From NCBI GenBank assembly GCA_965242865.1, contig CBDETK010000013.1, positions 3,552,001 to 3,616,000 on the forward strand: a DNA stretch of 64,000 bases, in the 5' to 3' direction. Position 1 is the first letter of the stretch, and each line of letters opens with the position of its first letter. Source of the DNA: Candidatus Latescibacterota bacterium. Its GTDB lineage: Bacteria > Latescibacterota > UBA2968 > UBA8231. The notes beneath the pieces were generated by a model, which saw only the letters and a program-made list of their open reading frames with translations, was not told the origin of the DNA and made no database searches. Below are positions 7,981 through 18,676 of this stretch, one piece after another. The position numbers were made by a program, and so were the translations under genes.

Positions 7981-10893
7981 TCACAGCACCTTGACCGGCG
8001 TCAGCCAATCGCCGCGTGCGGCCGAAGCCGCTGCAATTGCGTCGGCCGACCCCAACACCGCGACCCGGCCCGCTGCGCCGACTTGGTCCAGCACGGAGGC
8101 AAAATCCGCAAAGTGCTCGGCCTTGGTGGCCAAGACTTGGTCGCGCATTTGCTGGCGATAGGCGTCGTCAATGCCGGTCAGGTAGCGCACCAATGAGGCG
8201 TAGCCCTTGGCGTCGGGGAGCTGGTAGGCGTCGAGGTCGCCGATGGTGCCGATGATCGCCTTGGTCAGCTCGTCGCTGCTAATCGGAAAGTCGCGCAAGA
8301 AGGCCCCGCTCTGGTCGTACACGTGCAGGGTCTCCAGCAAATTGGGGTCGCGGTACGACGCGTACGAGAACACCCCGGTAAACGGGTCGAGGGAGCAAAA
8401 GGCCCCGTAGGCCCCCCCTTGGACCCGCACCCGGTCCCACAGCCAAGTCGTGGCCAAGTAGCGAGTGATCACGGCCGACGACCCGTCCCATTGGTAGCCG
8501 AGCGCGAACAGGTTGGCCGCCTTGCCCACGTAGTTGACTTGGGCCGGGACGGTTAGGCCCTCGTCGGCCGCCGTCAGGTGCGGCGTCCAAGTCGCGGGCG
8601 CGTGGGCCTTTTGCGGCAATGCGCGCAACAGCGCGGTCAAGCTCTGGTCGCACGCTGCGCGGTCGGCGCCGGCCACGGTCGCATTGCACAGCATGCCCGG
8701 CCGGTTGACCAACAGGGCGCGGATCTGCTCCAGCCGGGCCTGCACGGCCGGCCAGTCGCGGCGGATGTCCTCGATGAGCTGCCGCAAGAAGAACAAGTAG
8801 CTCAAGCCGCGCATCTGCTCTGCGAGCCAGCCGGTCTCGTCGAATTGCGCGCGCAGCCGGGTGGATACCACGCGGTGGCCGCCCGGCACCAGCCCGGCCT
8901 CGGCACTGGCTCGCTCTTCTAAGGCCATCTGCAAAAAACGCTCGCGGTCGTCGAGGCGGCCCTCTAGCAGCACCTCGCGCACAATCGCCGTCAGCTCGGC
9001 GACCCGCTCAACCATGGCCTTGCCGCGCAAAAACAGGTACGCCGCGGCCGGCCGGCTGTCGCGGCGCGTCCCCACCAGCGACTGGGCGTTCAAGCCGCCG
9101 GTCTGGCTGCCGATTCGCTGTTGCAACTCGACAAAGCTCAGGCGCTTGGTTCCCATCTCCAGCAGGGCGCGGCCAAAAAGCGGGATGTAGGGCAAAAGCT
9201 CTTGCGGCAACACCCGCAGATCGCAGCCCACATCGAGATAGGCGATGCCGTTGGTGAAGAGGTCGTGGTGGAGCACTGGCACGCCGGCGATTTGGTCCTC
9301 TTGCCGGGGCACGGTCTTGACCTCGGCGTCGAGGTCGCTCAGTTGCAGGCGGGGCAGCTTGGCCAAGTCTTCGGGCGCGTCGGGTTGCTCTTGCTGGCGC
9401 TTGAGCGTTTGCGTCTGGGCGACTAGGGCCTCTAAATCCGCCCGGCTCATGCTCGCCCGGGCCGCTGTCAGCCGCGCGGTCTCTTCCTCCTCCAGCCGCG
9501 TCCCCAGCTCGGCATCGGGCTGGAGGACCACGGTCGTGCGGTGGGCGTTGTCGAGGAGGTGGCGTTGGATCAACCCCTCTAGATAGCGGTCGTCGGCTGC
9601 TAGCTTGGCCTTGAGCGCGGCAAATGAGTCGGCAAAGCGCAAGGGCGTGAAGGGGTCGCGATCGTAGAGCCAGTCGGTCAACAGCCGCAGCATCAGCCCC
9701 AAGCCACGCGGATAGGACCCGGTGTTGTTTTCTCGGAACAGGAACTCCGCGGTGTGCAGGGCGGCCGCGACCATCCCGCGGTCGACCCCGTCGCGCGCCA
9801 AGTCGCCGAGGTGCTGCACGATCAGGGCTTCAACCGCATCCACCTCGCCCGGTTGCACGCCCTTGAGGCCCACGCTGAAAAACATCTGCGCCAACTCGGT
9901 CTCCAGCCCGCTGCCGGTCAAATCTTCGCCGAGCCCGGAGTCGATCAGGGCCTTGCGCAGCGGCGATCCCGGGGTGCCGAGCAGCGCGTGTTCGAGCACC
10001 TGTAGGGCGCGGCGCTCGTCCGCGTCTAGCTCGTCTTGCAACAGCCAAGTGAGCGCGACAAAGCACTTGGGTTTTTCGGCCGCATCGGGATCGACCGAGT
10101 AGGGAAATTGCTGCCGCTTGGGCGCGGCAAAGCGCGGCTGGGTCCCAATGGTGGAATCCACGGGCCGCGCCTCGTAATCGCTCAGGTAGGAGTGTAAGAG
10201 CGCGAGGCGTTGCTGGGGGTCGTCGTCGCCGTAGAAGTAGATACGAGCGTTGGACGGGTGATAAAACTCCTCGTGGAAGCGCTTGAACTGGGCAAAGCTG
10301 AGGCCCGGGATGTGGCGCGGGTCGCCACCGGAATCCACGCCGTAGGTCGTGTCCGGGAAAATGGATTGCTGGGTGCGCTCGGCGAGGATCCGCTCCGGGT
10401 CTGAGTACGCGCCCTTCATTTCGTTAAAGACTACGCCTTTGTAGCGCAGGGGGTCGCCGGCGTCTTCTAGCTCGTAGTGCCAGCCTTCTTGTTGCAACAC
10501 CTCCGGCGTGAGTCGCGGATAAAACACCGCGTCGAGGTACACGTCGATCAGGTTGTAGAAATCCTGCAAGTTGGTGCTGGCGACCGGGTAGCAGGTTTTG
10601 TCTGGATAGGTGAAGGCGTTGAGGAAGGTGTTGAGCGAGCCTTTGATCAGCTCGACAAACGGCTCCTTGACCGGGTACTTGCGCGAGCCGCACAGGACGG
10701 AGTGTTCGAGGATGTGGGCAATGCCGGTCGAGTCGGCCGGCGGCGTGCGGAAGTTGATGCCAAAGACCTTGTTTTCGTCGTCGTTTATCAGCGAGACAAT
10801 CTCGCAGCCGGTGCGGTGTCGGTAGAGTAAGGCTCGCGTGTTGAGTTCGGGAATCTCTTCGTCGCGCAGCAGGGCAAAATCGCGTCGCTCCAT
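7981..10893 (-). CDS. M16C (PreP/Cym1-like) zinc metallopeptidase
   Basis: HILEHSVLCGSRKYP inverted zinc motif; LNAFT; RVQGGAYG; SYRDP. Confidence 0.95.
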   Translation of the reverse strand: MERRDFALLRDEEIPELNTRALLYRHRTGCEIVSLINDDENKVFGINFRTPPADSTGIAHILEHSVLCGSRKYPVKEPFVELIKGSLNTFLNAFTYPDKTCYPVASTNLQDFYNLIDVYLDAVFYPRLTPEVLQQEGWHYELEDAGDPLRYKGVVFNEMKGAYSDPERILAERTQQSIFPDTTYGVDSGGDPRHIPGLSFAQFKRFHEEFYHPSNARIYFYGDDDPQQRLALLHSYLSDYEARPVDSTIGTQPRFAAPKRQQFPYSVDPDAAEKPKCFVALTWLLQDELDADERRALQVLEHALLGTPGSPLRKALIDSGLGEDLTGSGLETELAQMFFSVGLKGVQPGEVDAVEALIVQHLGDLARDGVDRGMVAAALHTAEFLFRENNTGSYPRGLGLMLRLLTDWLYDRDPFTPLRFADSFAALKAKLAADDRYLEGLIQRHLLDNAHRTTVVLQPDAELGTRLEEEETARLTAARASMSRADLEALVAQTQTLKRQQEQPDAPEDLAKLPRLQLSDLDAEVKTVPRQEDQIAGVPVLHHDLFTNGIAYLDVGCDLRVLPQELLPYIPLFGRALLEMGTKRLSFVELQQRIGSQTGGLNAQSLVGTRRDSRPAAAYLFLRGKAMVERVAELTAIVREVLLEGRLDDRERFLQMALEERASAEAGLVPGGHRVVSTRLRAQFDETGWLAEQMRGLSYLFFLRQLIEDIRRDWPAVQARLEQIRALLVNRPGMLCNATVAGADRAACDQSLTALLRALPQKAHAPATWTPHLTAADEGLTVPAQVNYVGKAANLFALGYQWDGSSAVITRYLATTWLWDRVRVQGGAYGAFCSLDPFTGVFSYASYRDPNLLETLHVYDQSGAFLRDFPISSDELTKAIIGTIGDLDAYQLPDAKGYASLVRYLTGIDDAYRQQMRDQVLATKAEHFADFASVLDQVGAAGRVAVLGSADAIAAASAARGDWLTPVKVL

Positions 10894-10976
10894 GGCATCT
10901 CCTTTGTGGTTTGGGTCGAAAAACTAGCGGGCAAACATAAGTGGCGCGGGGGATTCTCAGCAAGGAAAACCGCCCC

Positions 10977-12128
10977 TCACGGCAGGGCAATTTTGCCGAG
11001 GACGACCGGGCGTTGGGCGCGGGTGGCGGCTGGGATATTGCCCGTGCGGCCCAGCAGGGTTTCGTTGGCCAAGACCGCAAAGGCGAGGGCCTCGCGCGCG
11101 TCTGGATCGACGCCCAGCTCGGCCAGCGACCGCACCGCTAGGCGCGGCAGCGCGCGGCGCAACCCCGCCATAATGCGCGGATTGTGGACGCCGCCGCCCC
11201 CGACCCACAGCGCGGCAAACGCCCCCGGACAAAAGCGGTCAATGCCCTCGGCAATGGATTGCACGGTAAAGGCGGTCAGCGTGGCGATCAGGTCGTCGGC
11301 ACTGCCCGGGCCGCGCCGCAGCACCTCCGCGAGGAACCGCTCGCCAAACTCCTCGCGCCCGGTGGATTTGGGCGGCTCGCGCTGCAAGAAGGGGGTGCGC
11401 ATCAGCTCGGCCAACAGGCCCTCGTCAATGCGGCCGCGCGCCGCCCGCTGGCCTCCGCGGTCGAAGCGCTCGCGCCCGCCGGTGTAGTGGGCCACGGCCG
11501 CGTCGATGAGCATGTTGCCCGGCCCGAGGTCAAAGGCCCGGATCGCGCTGGCCGCGGCGTTGGCTGGCAACGCCGTGACGTTGGCGATCCCGCCGATATT
11601 GAGCAGCAGACGCCCCTCGTGCGGCTGGGCAAAGAGCAGGCGATCGGCGAGCGGGACCAGCGGCGCGCCTTCGCCGCCGACCGCCAGGTCGGCCGCGCGA
11701 AAGTCCGCAATCGTCACCGCGCCGGTGCGGGCGGCAATGACGGCTGGCTCGCCGATCTGCAAGGTAGATCCGCTGGCCGGCAGGTGGCGCACGGTCTGCC
11801 CGTGCGAGCCGATTAGGTCGAGGGCGTCCGGGCCGAGCGCGGCCTGCTCTAGCGCGGCTAGGGCCGCTGTGGCAAACGCCTCGCCGAGGGCAAAATTGAC
11901 TCGGCACAGCGCGTCGAGCGAAGCATCCTCGGCAAACAGGGCGAACACCTCGCGCCGCAACGCGCTGGGCAGCGGCGTGGTGGCAAAGGACAACACTTCG
12001 TAGCGGGTGGATTCGCCGCAGCCCCACAGCTCGACCAGCACGGCGTCAATCCCGTCGGCCGAGGTGCCGGACATCAAGCCCACGACCCGCCGCGGCTGCT
12101 TGGCGGCCAGTGCTGCCAGCCGATGCAT
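10977..12128 (-). CDS. anmK: Anhydro-N-acetylmuramic acid kinase
   Basis: GLMSGTSADGID, GSHGQT, GEGAPLVP, LNIGGIAN, DLGPGN, PPKSTGRE. Confidence 0.95.
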   Translation of the reverse strand: MHRLAALAAKQPRRVVGLMSGTSADGIDAVLVELWGCGESTRYEVLSFATTPLPSALRREVFALFAEDASLDALCRVNFALGEAFATAALAALEQAALGPDALDLIGSHGQTVRHLPASGSTLQIGEPAVIAARTGAVTIADFRAADLAVGGEGAPLVPLADRLLFAQPHEGRLLLNIGGIANVTALPANAAASAIRAFDLGPGNMLIDAAVAHYTGGRERFDRGGQRAARGRIDEGLLAELMRTPFLQREPPKSTGREEFGERFLAEVLRRGPGSADDLIATLTAFTVQSIAEGIDRFCPGAFAALWVGGGGVHNPRIMAGLRRALPRLAVRSLAELGVDPDAREALAFAVLANETLLGRTGNIPAATRAQRPVVLGKIALP

Positions 12129-12130
12129 GC

Positions 12131-13234
12131 TTAGGAGCGGTCGCGGGCCGAGTGCCGGTAGTACCCGACGACCTGCCCGTGCTCGTCGATGACGTGGGCG
12201 CCTGGGTAGCGAATCGTCGTCGGACACACGTGCCCGGGCACGGCGAGGAGATAGGTGCCGACTGCGGGTTGAGGTTCGGGCCAAGCGAAGACGCCGTGTT
12301 CCTCGTTTTGCCTGAGCAACTCGGCTTGGGGGTTCTGCAAGAGCTCGGCCCGGCGCGGCAGGGGGCCATCGTCGCTAATGGCCTTGGTGCCCAAGTCCGT
12401 GGTGACCGTCTGCTGCTCGGCATAGCGATCGATCACTTGCGTTAGGACGAGGGCCGCCCATTTGAAGGGCAGGTCGGCCATGGCGCGGCCGTACCCGGCA
12501 TCCCAGTACACGCAGGTGCCCGGAGAGCCGTGCATGCCCTCGGCGCGGGCGTAGTACAAAAAGGAAAAGGAGCCACCGCCGACGACCCGGGGCACGGCCA
12601 AGCCCTCGCCTTCGAGGGCTGCTTTTAGGCGCTGGACATCGCGGATGTGCCGCTCGGCCGCGGCTTGACGCGCCTTAGGCTCGGAGATGTGCTCGTGCCC
12701 GTCGTACAAGTGCAGCCCGCCCGGCAACAGGTGCGGGTGGTGGGCGATTTGGCGGTAGAGGTCCGCGGCCGCGGCCAAGGGAACGCCGGTGCGGAACATG
12801 CCTACGTTGAGGTCGATCATCACCCGCAGGGTTTGCTGCCGCTCTTGGGCCACCGCGCCCAAGACCTGTACGTGCGCCGGGGCGCTGGCAATCGCGCGGA
12901 CCGTGGCCGCTCGTTGGGCCAGCGCGGCCAAGCGCAGCACCTTGCTTTTTTGCACCAGCGGATAGGATAAAATGGCTTCTTGGGCGCCGGCGTCGAGGAC
13001 CATTTCCAGTTCCTTGAGCGTGGCGCATTTGAACCCGGCGACGCCGGATGCGAGCTGCTTGCGCGCCACGTCAATGGACTTGTGGGTCTTGACGTGGACG
13101 AACAAATGCTCGCTGCCGCCGACTAGTTCGCCGACTCGCTGGATGTTGTGGTCGAGTGGGTCGGCAAATACCAGCATGGCCGGCGTCTCAATGCCGTCCG
13201 GCTCCGCGACTTTGTACTCTCCTATTTCGATCAC
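12131..13234 (-). CDS. D-threonine aldolase/DSD1-family PLP-dependent enzyme
   Basis: HVKTHK PLP lysine, YDGH, QNEEH, PGHVCPT; GTG start inferred. Confidence 0.85.
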   Translation of the reverse strand: MIEIGEYKVAEPDGIETPAMLVFADPLDHNIQRVGELVGGSEHLFVHVKTHKSIDVARKQLASGVAGFKCATLKELEMVLDAGAQEAILSYPLVQKSKVLRLAALAQRAATVRAIASAPAHVQVLGAVAQERQQTLRVMIDLNVGMFRTGVPLAAAADLYRQIAHHPHLLPGGLHLYDGHEHISEPKARQAAAERHIRDVQRLKAALEGEGLAVPRVVGGGSFSFLYYARAEGMHGSPGTCVYWDAGYGRAMADLPFKWAALVLTQVIDRYAEQQTVTTDLGTKAISDDGPLPRRAELLQNPQAELLRQNEEHGVFAWPEPQPAVGTYLLAVPGHVCPTTIRYPGAHVIDEHGQVVGYYRHSARDRS

Positions 13235-13423
13235 AGCGTTGCTTCCCGATTGAGGTGGGCGCGGAAGATAGCACAAGCCCCGATTGTGGACAAATTGGCC
13301 GCCGCGGTTTGGTGCGTTAAATTGCGAGTAAACAGAGTACGCACCCCTACGAGGATACCGTTGTCCAAGCGCGATAGATCGCGGCACCGTACCGATAAGC
13401 GCGAGCAGGCACGGCCTTGGTCC

Positions 13424-15061
13424 GTGCGCCTGCGTTTGGTGCCCCACCACCTGCTGCATTTACAAACACCCGCCGAGCGGTCGTGGAAATTCTTGTGGCC
13501 GCTGCTCGCTCTGGCCTTTGTCGCACGGGCGGCTGTGGCCCTGTCCGGCGACTTTGTTTTGCACCCCGACGAAATCATGCAGTACCTAGAGCCGGCCCAT
13601 CGTCTAGTTTTCGGCAACGGCATAGCGTACTACGAGTACTTCTACGGTGCTCGGTTATGGTTGGTGCCCGGCTTGGTCGCGGGCGTCTTAACGCTGTTCC
13701 ACCTCGTCGGCCTGGGTCAGCCTGAGTGGTACGTCGGGGGCGTCAAGCTCTTGTTTTGTGCGATTTCCCTGCTCATCCCGGCGGGCATGTACTTTTTTGC
13801 CCGCTGGCACTTTGGCGAGACGGCGGCGCGGGTCGCGTTGCTGCTCGGTGCTTTCTGGTACGAGTTGGTTGGTTTTGCCCACAAGCCGATGACCGAGTTC
13901 GTCGCCACGGCCCTGCTGATGTCCTTGCTCGCGCTCTGCGTGCGGCCGGCACCGGACCGACGTAGGGTGGTTTTGACGGTGGCCGCGTTGGCGGTACTGG
14001 CCGCGGCGATCCGGGTGCAGTACGCCCCGTTGGCCTTGCTGCTCCTCGGCCTGTTCTTTTGGCGCACCGGCAAGAAGAGGCACCTTGTGCTGGCCGCGGC
14101 CACGGCGTTTGTCGCGGTCGGTGTGTTCGACGCGATCACTTGGGATGGCGGCTTGTTTCACTCGTACCTCGTCGCCATCCGCGTCAACCTCGCCTTGGGC
14201 GACTTGCGCCTCGGTGAAAGCCCGGCATGGCAATTCCTCTATTGGCTCTTGATCGCCAGTATGGGACTGATCGCCCTGTGCGCCTTAGCGGTCTTGCAAG
14301 ACCTCCGGCGCTACGGTCTCCTGCTGGCACTCATCGCCTTGACGCTCCTGCTTCACTCTGCCCAGTCGCACAAGGAGTATCGCTACATCTTCGTCGTCCT
14401 GCCGCTCTGGCTGCTGATGGGCGCAGACTTTGTGGTGTGGTTCGCGTCCCGCGCCAGCCAGCACAGGGCGCGCCCAGCACTGGGGCCGACCGCCCTCGCG
14501 CTGACGGCATCCTTTGCCGCGATTTCCCTCGCCGGCATCCTGAACGCGCTGCCGCACCAAGCTAGAGTGTACCAAGCCTATTCAAACGAGACCGGCTTCG
14601 TGGGCTTTCTGCGCCAGCAGGACCCGATTTTCGCCGCGTACCGCTACCTTGCCAGCACCCCCGGAGTCGCCGGCGTGTGGCAGGTGGACCGTCCCTATTT
14701 CAATCTCCCCGGTTATTACTACCTACACCAAGCAATACCGTTCTACGACGCCAATACAGGGCGTCTCATCTTCGCGAATCCCAAAGAGATGCAGGTGGAG
14801 GAAATTGCAGCCGCGGTCAGCCACATCGTGTCGGCGGACTCGGCTACTTACGTTCCCGGCTACTCAGTAGAAAAAACATTCGGCCCCATCCGAATCCTGC
14901 GTCGAGATGCCGCCGAGCCGGCTATCCGCTCGTGGCGGGAGTACGCTCCAACGATTGCCGGCGGCCCTTTCACCGAGTCCGTGCGCCAATTCTATCCCGG
15001 GGCACCCGCGCCGCCGCCCAATTCGGGTATCCGCTTTGCCGACAGCAAGCGCAGTGAGTAA
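13424..15061 (+). CDS. GT22 (PIG-B/Alg9-like) membrane mannosyltransferase
   Basis: HPDEIMQYLEPAHRLVFG and HKEYRYI motifs; polytopic; start uncertain (ORF open from 13148). Confidence 0.8.
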   Translation: MRLRLVPHHLLHLQTPAERSWKFLWPLLALAFVARAAVALSGDFVLHPDEIMQYLEPAHRLVFGNGIAYYEYFYGARLWLVPGLVAGVLTLFHLVGLGQPEWYVGGVKLLFCAISLLIPAGMYFFARWHFGETAARVALLLGAFWYELVGFAHKPMTEFVATALLMSLLALCVRPAPDRRRVVLTVAALAVLAAAIRVQYAPLALLLLGLFFWRTGKKRHLVLAAATAFVAVGVFDAITWDGGLFHSYLVAIRVNLALGDLRLGESPAWQFLYWLLIASMGLIALCALAVLQDLRRYGLLLALIALTLLLHSAQSHKEYRYIFVVLPLWLLMGADFVVWFASRASQHRARPALGPTALALTASFAAISLAGILNALPHQARVYQAYSNETGFVGFLRQQDPIFAAYRYLASTPGVAGVWQVDRPYFNLPGYYYLHQAIPFYDANTGRLIFANPKEMQVEEIAAAVSHIVSADSATYVPGYSVEKTFGPIRILRRDAAEPAIRSWREYAPTIAGGPFTESVRQFYPGAPAPPPNSGIRFADSKRSE

Positions 15062-17310
15062 TGGGCAAAAGAAGACCGACGAAAAAGACTCCGCGCTCAG
15101 CTCGCTCCAAGCCCTCGCGGTCGGACGCACTGGCCCTCCTCGCGCTCGGCTTGCTGGTGGGGGTCAGCTACCTGCCGGCCATGCTGTGGGGAGGCTTTGT
15201 CTGGGACGACCACTCGTGCGTCACAGTCGATCCGGTGCGAGAGGTCTCCGGTCTGTGGCAAATCTGGTTCTCGCCCAGCGATCTCAAAGGAGAGGGGCAC
15301 TACTGGCCGCTGGTCTATACGACCTTCTGGCTGGAGCACAAGCTGTGGGGCTTTGCCCCGGCCGGCTACCACATCGTCAATGTGCTGCTGCACGCGGCGA
15401 ATACGGTGCTGGTGTGGCACCTTTTGCGGCGGTGGGCAGTGCCCGGCGCGTGGGGGGTGGCCGCGGTGTTTGCCGTGCATCCGCTGCACGTGGAGTCCGT
15501 GGCTTGGGTCATTGAGCGCAAGGACGTGCTTTCGGGCTTGTTCTACCTCGCCGCGGCGCTGGCGTGGACGCGCTTTGTCGAGCAGCCGCGGCCACAGCGG
15601 TACGCGGGCGCACTCGCGCTGTATGCGGCGGGCCTGCTCAGCAAGTCCATCGCGATTACCCTGCCCGCGGCCCTTTTGCTCGGGCATTGGTGGAAACAGG
15701 GCCGCGTGACCTCGACCGACTGGTTGCGACTGGTGCCGTTTTGCGCGATCGGGCTGGCCATCGCGGTCGGCGACTTGTCGTTTTATCGGGCGGTTGATGC
15801 TAAGGCCCTCGGCGCGCTCGACTACTCATTAACCGAACGGACGCTCATCGCGGCCCGCGCCCTGTGGTTTTACGCGGGAAAGCTCCTGTGGCCGTCCGAC
15901 TTGGCCATCATCTACCCGCTTTGGACTATCCGCGTCGCCGATCCGCTCGCTTGGGGGTATCTCATCGCCGCGGTCGCGCTGGCGGCGGCCCTTTGGCACT
16001 TCCGGCGGCCGCTCGGGCGCGGCCCGCTGGCCGGGGCGTTATTTTTTGCGGTCACCCTGTCGCCGGTGCTCGGCTTCGTCAATTACGGCTATATGCAGTA
16101 CGCTTTCGTCGCCGACCGCTTTCAGTACCTCGCCGGCATCGGGGTCATGGCGGTCGTCATCGGCGCGGCCACCGCTGGGGTGCGTCGCCTGCCAAGCGGG
16201 TGGCAAAAGGGGGCGCTGGGCGGTGCGGCCGTGATCCTCGCTGTGCTGGGGCTGCTGACTTGGCGGCAGGCGAGCATCTATCGGGACGACGAAACCTTCT
16301 ATCGCCACATCATCGCGCTCAATCCGCAGGCGCGACCCGCCCACCTCAACTTAGGCAGCACCTTGTACAAGCAGGCACGCTACGAGGAGGCCCTCGACAT
16401 CGCCCGCATCGCCGTCGAACAAGACCCGGAACTCGCGAAGGCTCATGCCAACCTCGGCGCGATCCTCAATGGGCTGGGACGCGCCGCGGAAGCAGAGATA
16501 CACTTGCGCCGCGCTGTCGCCCTCGGCCCGAATTACGCGAAGGCCCATGCCAACCTCGGCGTGGTGCTCAGTGCGCTGGGACGCACTGAAGAAGCAGAAA
16601 CGCGCCTGCGCCGCGCTGTCGCCCTTGACCCGGATTACGCGAAAGCCCATGCCAACCTCGGCGTGGTGCTCAATGGGCTGGGACGCGCCGCGGAAGCAGA
16701 AACGCACCTGCGCCGCGCCATCGCCCTTGACCCGAATTACGCGAAGGCCCATGCCAACCTCAGCATAGTTCTCAATGCGCTAGGACGCACCGAAGAAGCA
16801 GAAACGCACCTGCGACAGGCCATCGCCCTCGCCCCGCAAGATGTCGATCTTTTCGCGCAGATCCTCATGCGGCAGGGACGCTACCAAGAAGCGATTGACG
16901 CCCTCGCGCAGGCCGCAGCATTGGCCCCGGCCTCGCCGCAAGCCGCCGAACTGCATTTTCTCATGGGTCATGCCGCGCAGCAAAACGGGGAACTCGAAGC
17001 CGCGGCCGAATGCTACATGCAGGTCCTCGAGATGGACCCGCGCCATGCGAAGGCTCTCCGTTGGCTCGGTCGGCTGCGGAACGAGCAGCAGCGCTACGAC
17101 GAGGCCCTGCAACTCTTTCAGCGCCTCATCGCCGTCGATCCCAGCGACGCCGTGGCCTTGGGCAACATGGGCATCGCCCTCTTCTACTTGAACCGAGGCG
17201 ACGAGGCCCTGCAACGCTTCGACCAAGCACTCTCCCTCGACCCGACCCTCAAAAGCGTGCGGGCCAACCGCGAGGCCGTGCTCAAGGCGATGGAAGGAGC
17301 GGGCCAATAG
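15061..17310 (+). CDS. TMTC-like membrane glycosyltransferase with C-terminal TPR array
   Basis: FVWDD, FAVHPLHVESVAWVIERKD, ADRFQY motifs; multiple TPRs. Confidence 0.85.
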   Translation: MGKRRPTKKTPRSARSKPSRSDALALLALGLLVGVSYLPAMLWGGFVWDDHSCVTVDPVREVSGLWQIWFSPSDLKGEGHYWPLVYTTFWLEHKLWGFAPAGYHIVNVLLHAANTVLVWHLLRRWAVPGAWGVAAVFAVHPLHVESVAWVIERKDVLSGLFYLAAALAWTRFVEQPRPQRYAGALALYAAGLLSKSIAITLPAALLLGHWWKQGRVTSTDWLRLVPFCAIGLAIAVGDLSFYRAVDAKALGALDYSLTERTLIAARALWFYAGKLLWPSDLAIIYPLWTIRVADPLAWGYLIAAVALAAALWHFRRPLGRGPLAGALFFAVTLSPVLGFVNYGYMQYAFVADRFQYLAGIGVMAVVIGAATAGVRRLPSGWQKGALGGAAVILAVLGLLTWRQASIYRDDETFYRHIIALNPQARPAHLNLGSTLYKQARYEEALDIARIAVEQDPELAKAHANLGAILNGLGRAAEAEIHLRRAVALGPNYAKAHANLGVVLSALGRTEEAETRLRRAVALDPDYAKAHANLGVVLNGLGRAAEAETHLRRAIALDPNYAKAHANLSIVLNALGRTEEAETHLRQAIALAPQDVDLFAQILMRQGRYQEAIDALAQAAALAPASPQAAELHFLMGHAAQQNGELEAAAECYMQVLEMDPRHAKALRWLGRLRNEQQRYDEALQLFQRLIAVDPSDAVALGNMGIALFYLNRGDEALQRFDQALSLDPTLKSVRANREAVLKAMEGAGQ
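16435..16830 (+). repeat. About 4 near-identical 102-bp tandem repeats encoding TPR units
   Basis: gcgaaggcccatgccaacctcggc... recurs every 102 bp; AKAHANL x4. Confidence 0.85.
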
Positions 17311-17391
17311 AATTCTTGGTCGCCGCGCCTTAGTTCGTTATTTTGTTCACGCAATGCGCCCAACATCACCCCAATCTAAAGGGAGCCTCTA

Positions 17392-18231
17392 ATGCTCAAG
17401 CTCGGCTGCATGTCCCTCAGCTACAAAGACGAATTTGCCGCGAACAAGCTCGACTTGGAGCAGTTCATTGAACGCGCCTATCAGCTCGGCCTCGACGGCA
17501 TCGACATTCACACCCGCGCCTTTGCCTCGCTCGACTCGGCGTATCTGCGCGGCATTCGCATGCGGGCCTTCCGGCGCGGGCTCGCGCTCTCGTACATCGG
17601 CGTCAGCTCCAACTACGGCAAGCCCCAAGCCGAGCTCGCCGCCGAAGTTGCCACCACCAAGGAGTGGATCGACGTGGCCGAGTTCATGGGCATTCCGCTG
17701 GTGCGGGTCTTTGCCGCGTGGATTCCCGAAGGCGAGCGCGAAGAGGACGTGTGGGCGCGGATGATGCCCTGCCTCGAGGAAGTGGCGGCCTACGGCGAGG
17801 AAAAGGGCGTGGTCGTCGGCTTGCACAACCACAATCACGGCTGCGTCACGCGCACGGGCCAAGATGTGCGCCGAATTATCGAGGGCGTCAACAACCCCTA
17901 TTTCTCGCACATCCTCGACACCGGTCAATACGTCGGCTCGCCCGGGGCCTCGGGCCAGCGCGGGCACGAGGATCCCGCCCTCAACTTTTACGGCAGCATT
18001 GAGGAAACCGCTCCGTTGGCCGTCCACGTCCGCTGCAAGATCTATCGCATCCAAAGCGGCGTTGAAGAGTGGCTCAACTATCCGCGCATCTTCGAGATTT
18101 TGCGGGGAGTCAACTACAATGGTTGGCTGTCGGTGGTGTACGAAGGGCAGGACGCGGAAGCAGAGGCAACCGCCGTGCCCAAGGCCGTGCGCTACTTGCG
18201 CGGCTTAATGGCCGAATACGACGCAGCGTAA
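17392..18231 (+). CDS. Sugar phosphate isomerase/epimerase (xylose-isomerase-like TIM barrel)
   Basis: VRVFA, LHNH, LDTG, YNGWLSVVYEG. Confidence 0.85.
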   Translation: MLKLGCMSLSYKDEFAANKLDLEQFIERAYQLGLDGIDIHTRAFASLDSAYLRGIRMRAFRRGLALSYIGVSSNYGKPQAELAAEVATTKEWIDVAEFMGIPLVRVFAAWIPEGEREEDVWARMMPCLEEVAAYGEEKGVVVGLHNHNHGCVTRTGQDVRRIIEGVNNPYFSHILDTGQYVGSPGASGQRGHEDPALNFYGSIEETAPLAVHVRCKIYRIQSGVEEWLNYPRIFEILRGVNYNGWLSVVYEGQDAEAEATAVPKAVRYLRGLMAEYDAA

Positions 18232-18250
18232 GCAACGAGGGCCGAGCGGA

Positions 18251-18661
18251 ATGATCGCTGCACTAGGCAGGCACCCCCGCACCTTGGCGAAGTTCTCGCT
18301 GACCGGCCTCAGCGGGGTGGCCGTCAATTTAGGCTCGTTCCATCTCCTGCTCGAACTCGGCGTCCATAAATATCTGGCCTCACCCGTTGCCATTGAAATC
18401 TCGGTCCTTTCAAACTTTTTCCTCAACAGCTATTGGACCTTTGCCGACCGCGCCTTGAGTGGCCGCAAGCGGCTCCGGGGGTTGCGGTTTCACCTCGCGG
18501 CCCTGCTAGCCCTTGGGGTGAGCTATTCGACGTTTCTTGTCCTGTCGGTGCTGTTGCCGCACATCGCCCCGGTGTGGCTGCAAGGATGCGCCATCGGGCC
18601 GGGCACGTTGGTCAACTACGTCCTCAATTTCTACTGGACGTTTCGGGCGGAAGCGCCTTGA
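18251..18661 (+). CDS. GtrA-family flippase-like protein
   Basis: KFSLTGLSGVAVN, SNFFLNSYWTF, VNYVLNFYWTF. Confidence 0.85.
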   Translation: MIAALGRHPRTLAKFSLTGLSGVAVNLGSFHLLLELGVHKYLASPVAIEISVLSNFFLNSYWTFADRALSGRKRLRGLRFHLAALLALGVSYSTFLVLSVLLPHIAPVWLQGCAIGPGTLVNYVLNFYWTFRAEAP

Positions 18662-18676
18662 GCGGCCGGCACTGGC

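Noticed and set aside
16435-16830. CRISPR or non-coding repeat
   Set aside because: 102-bp period in frame within a TPR-coding region
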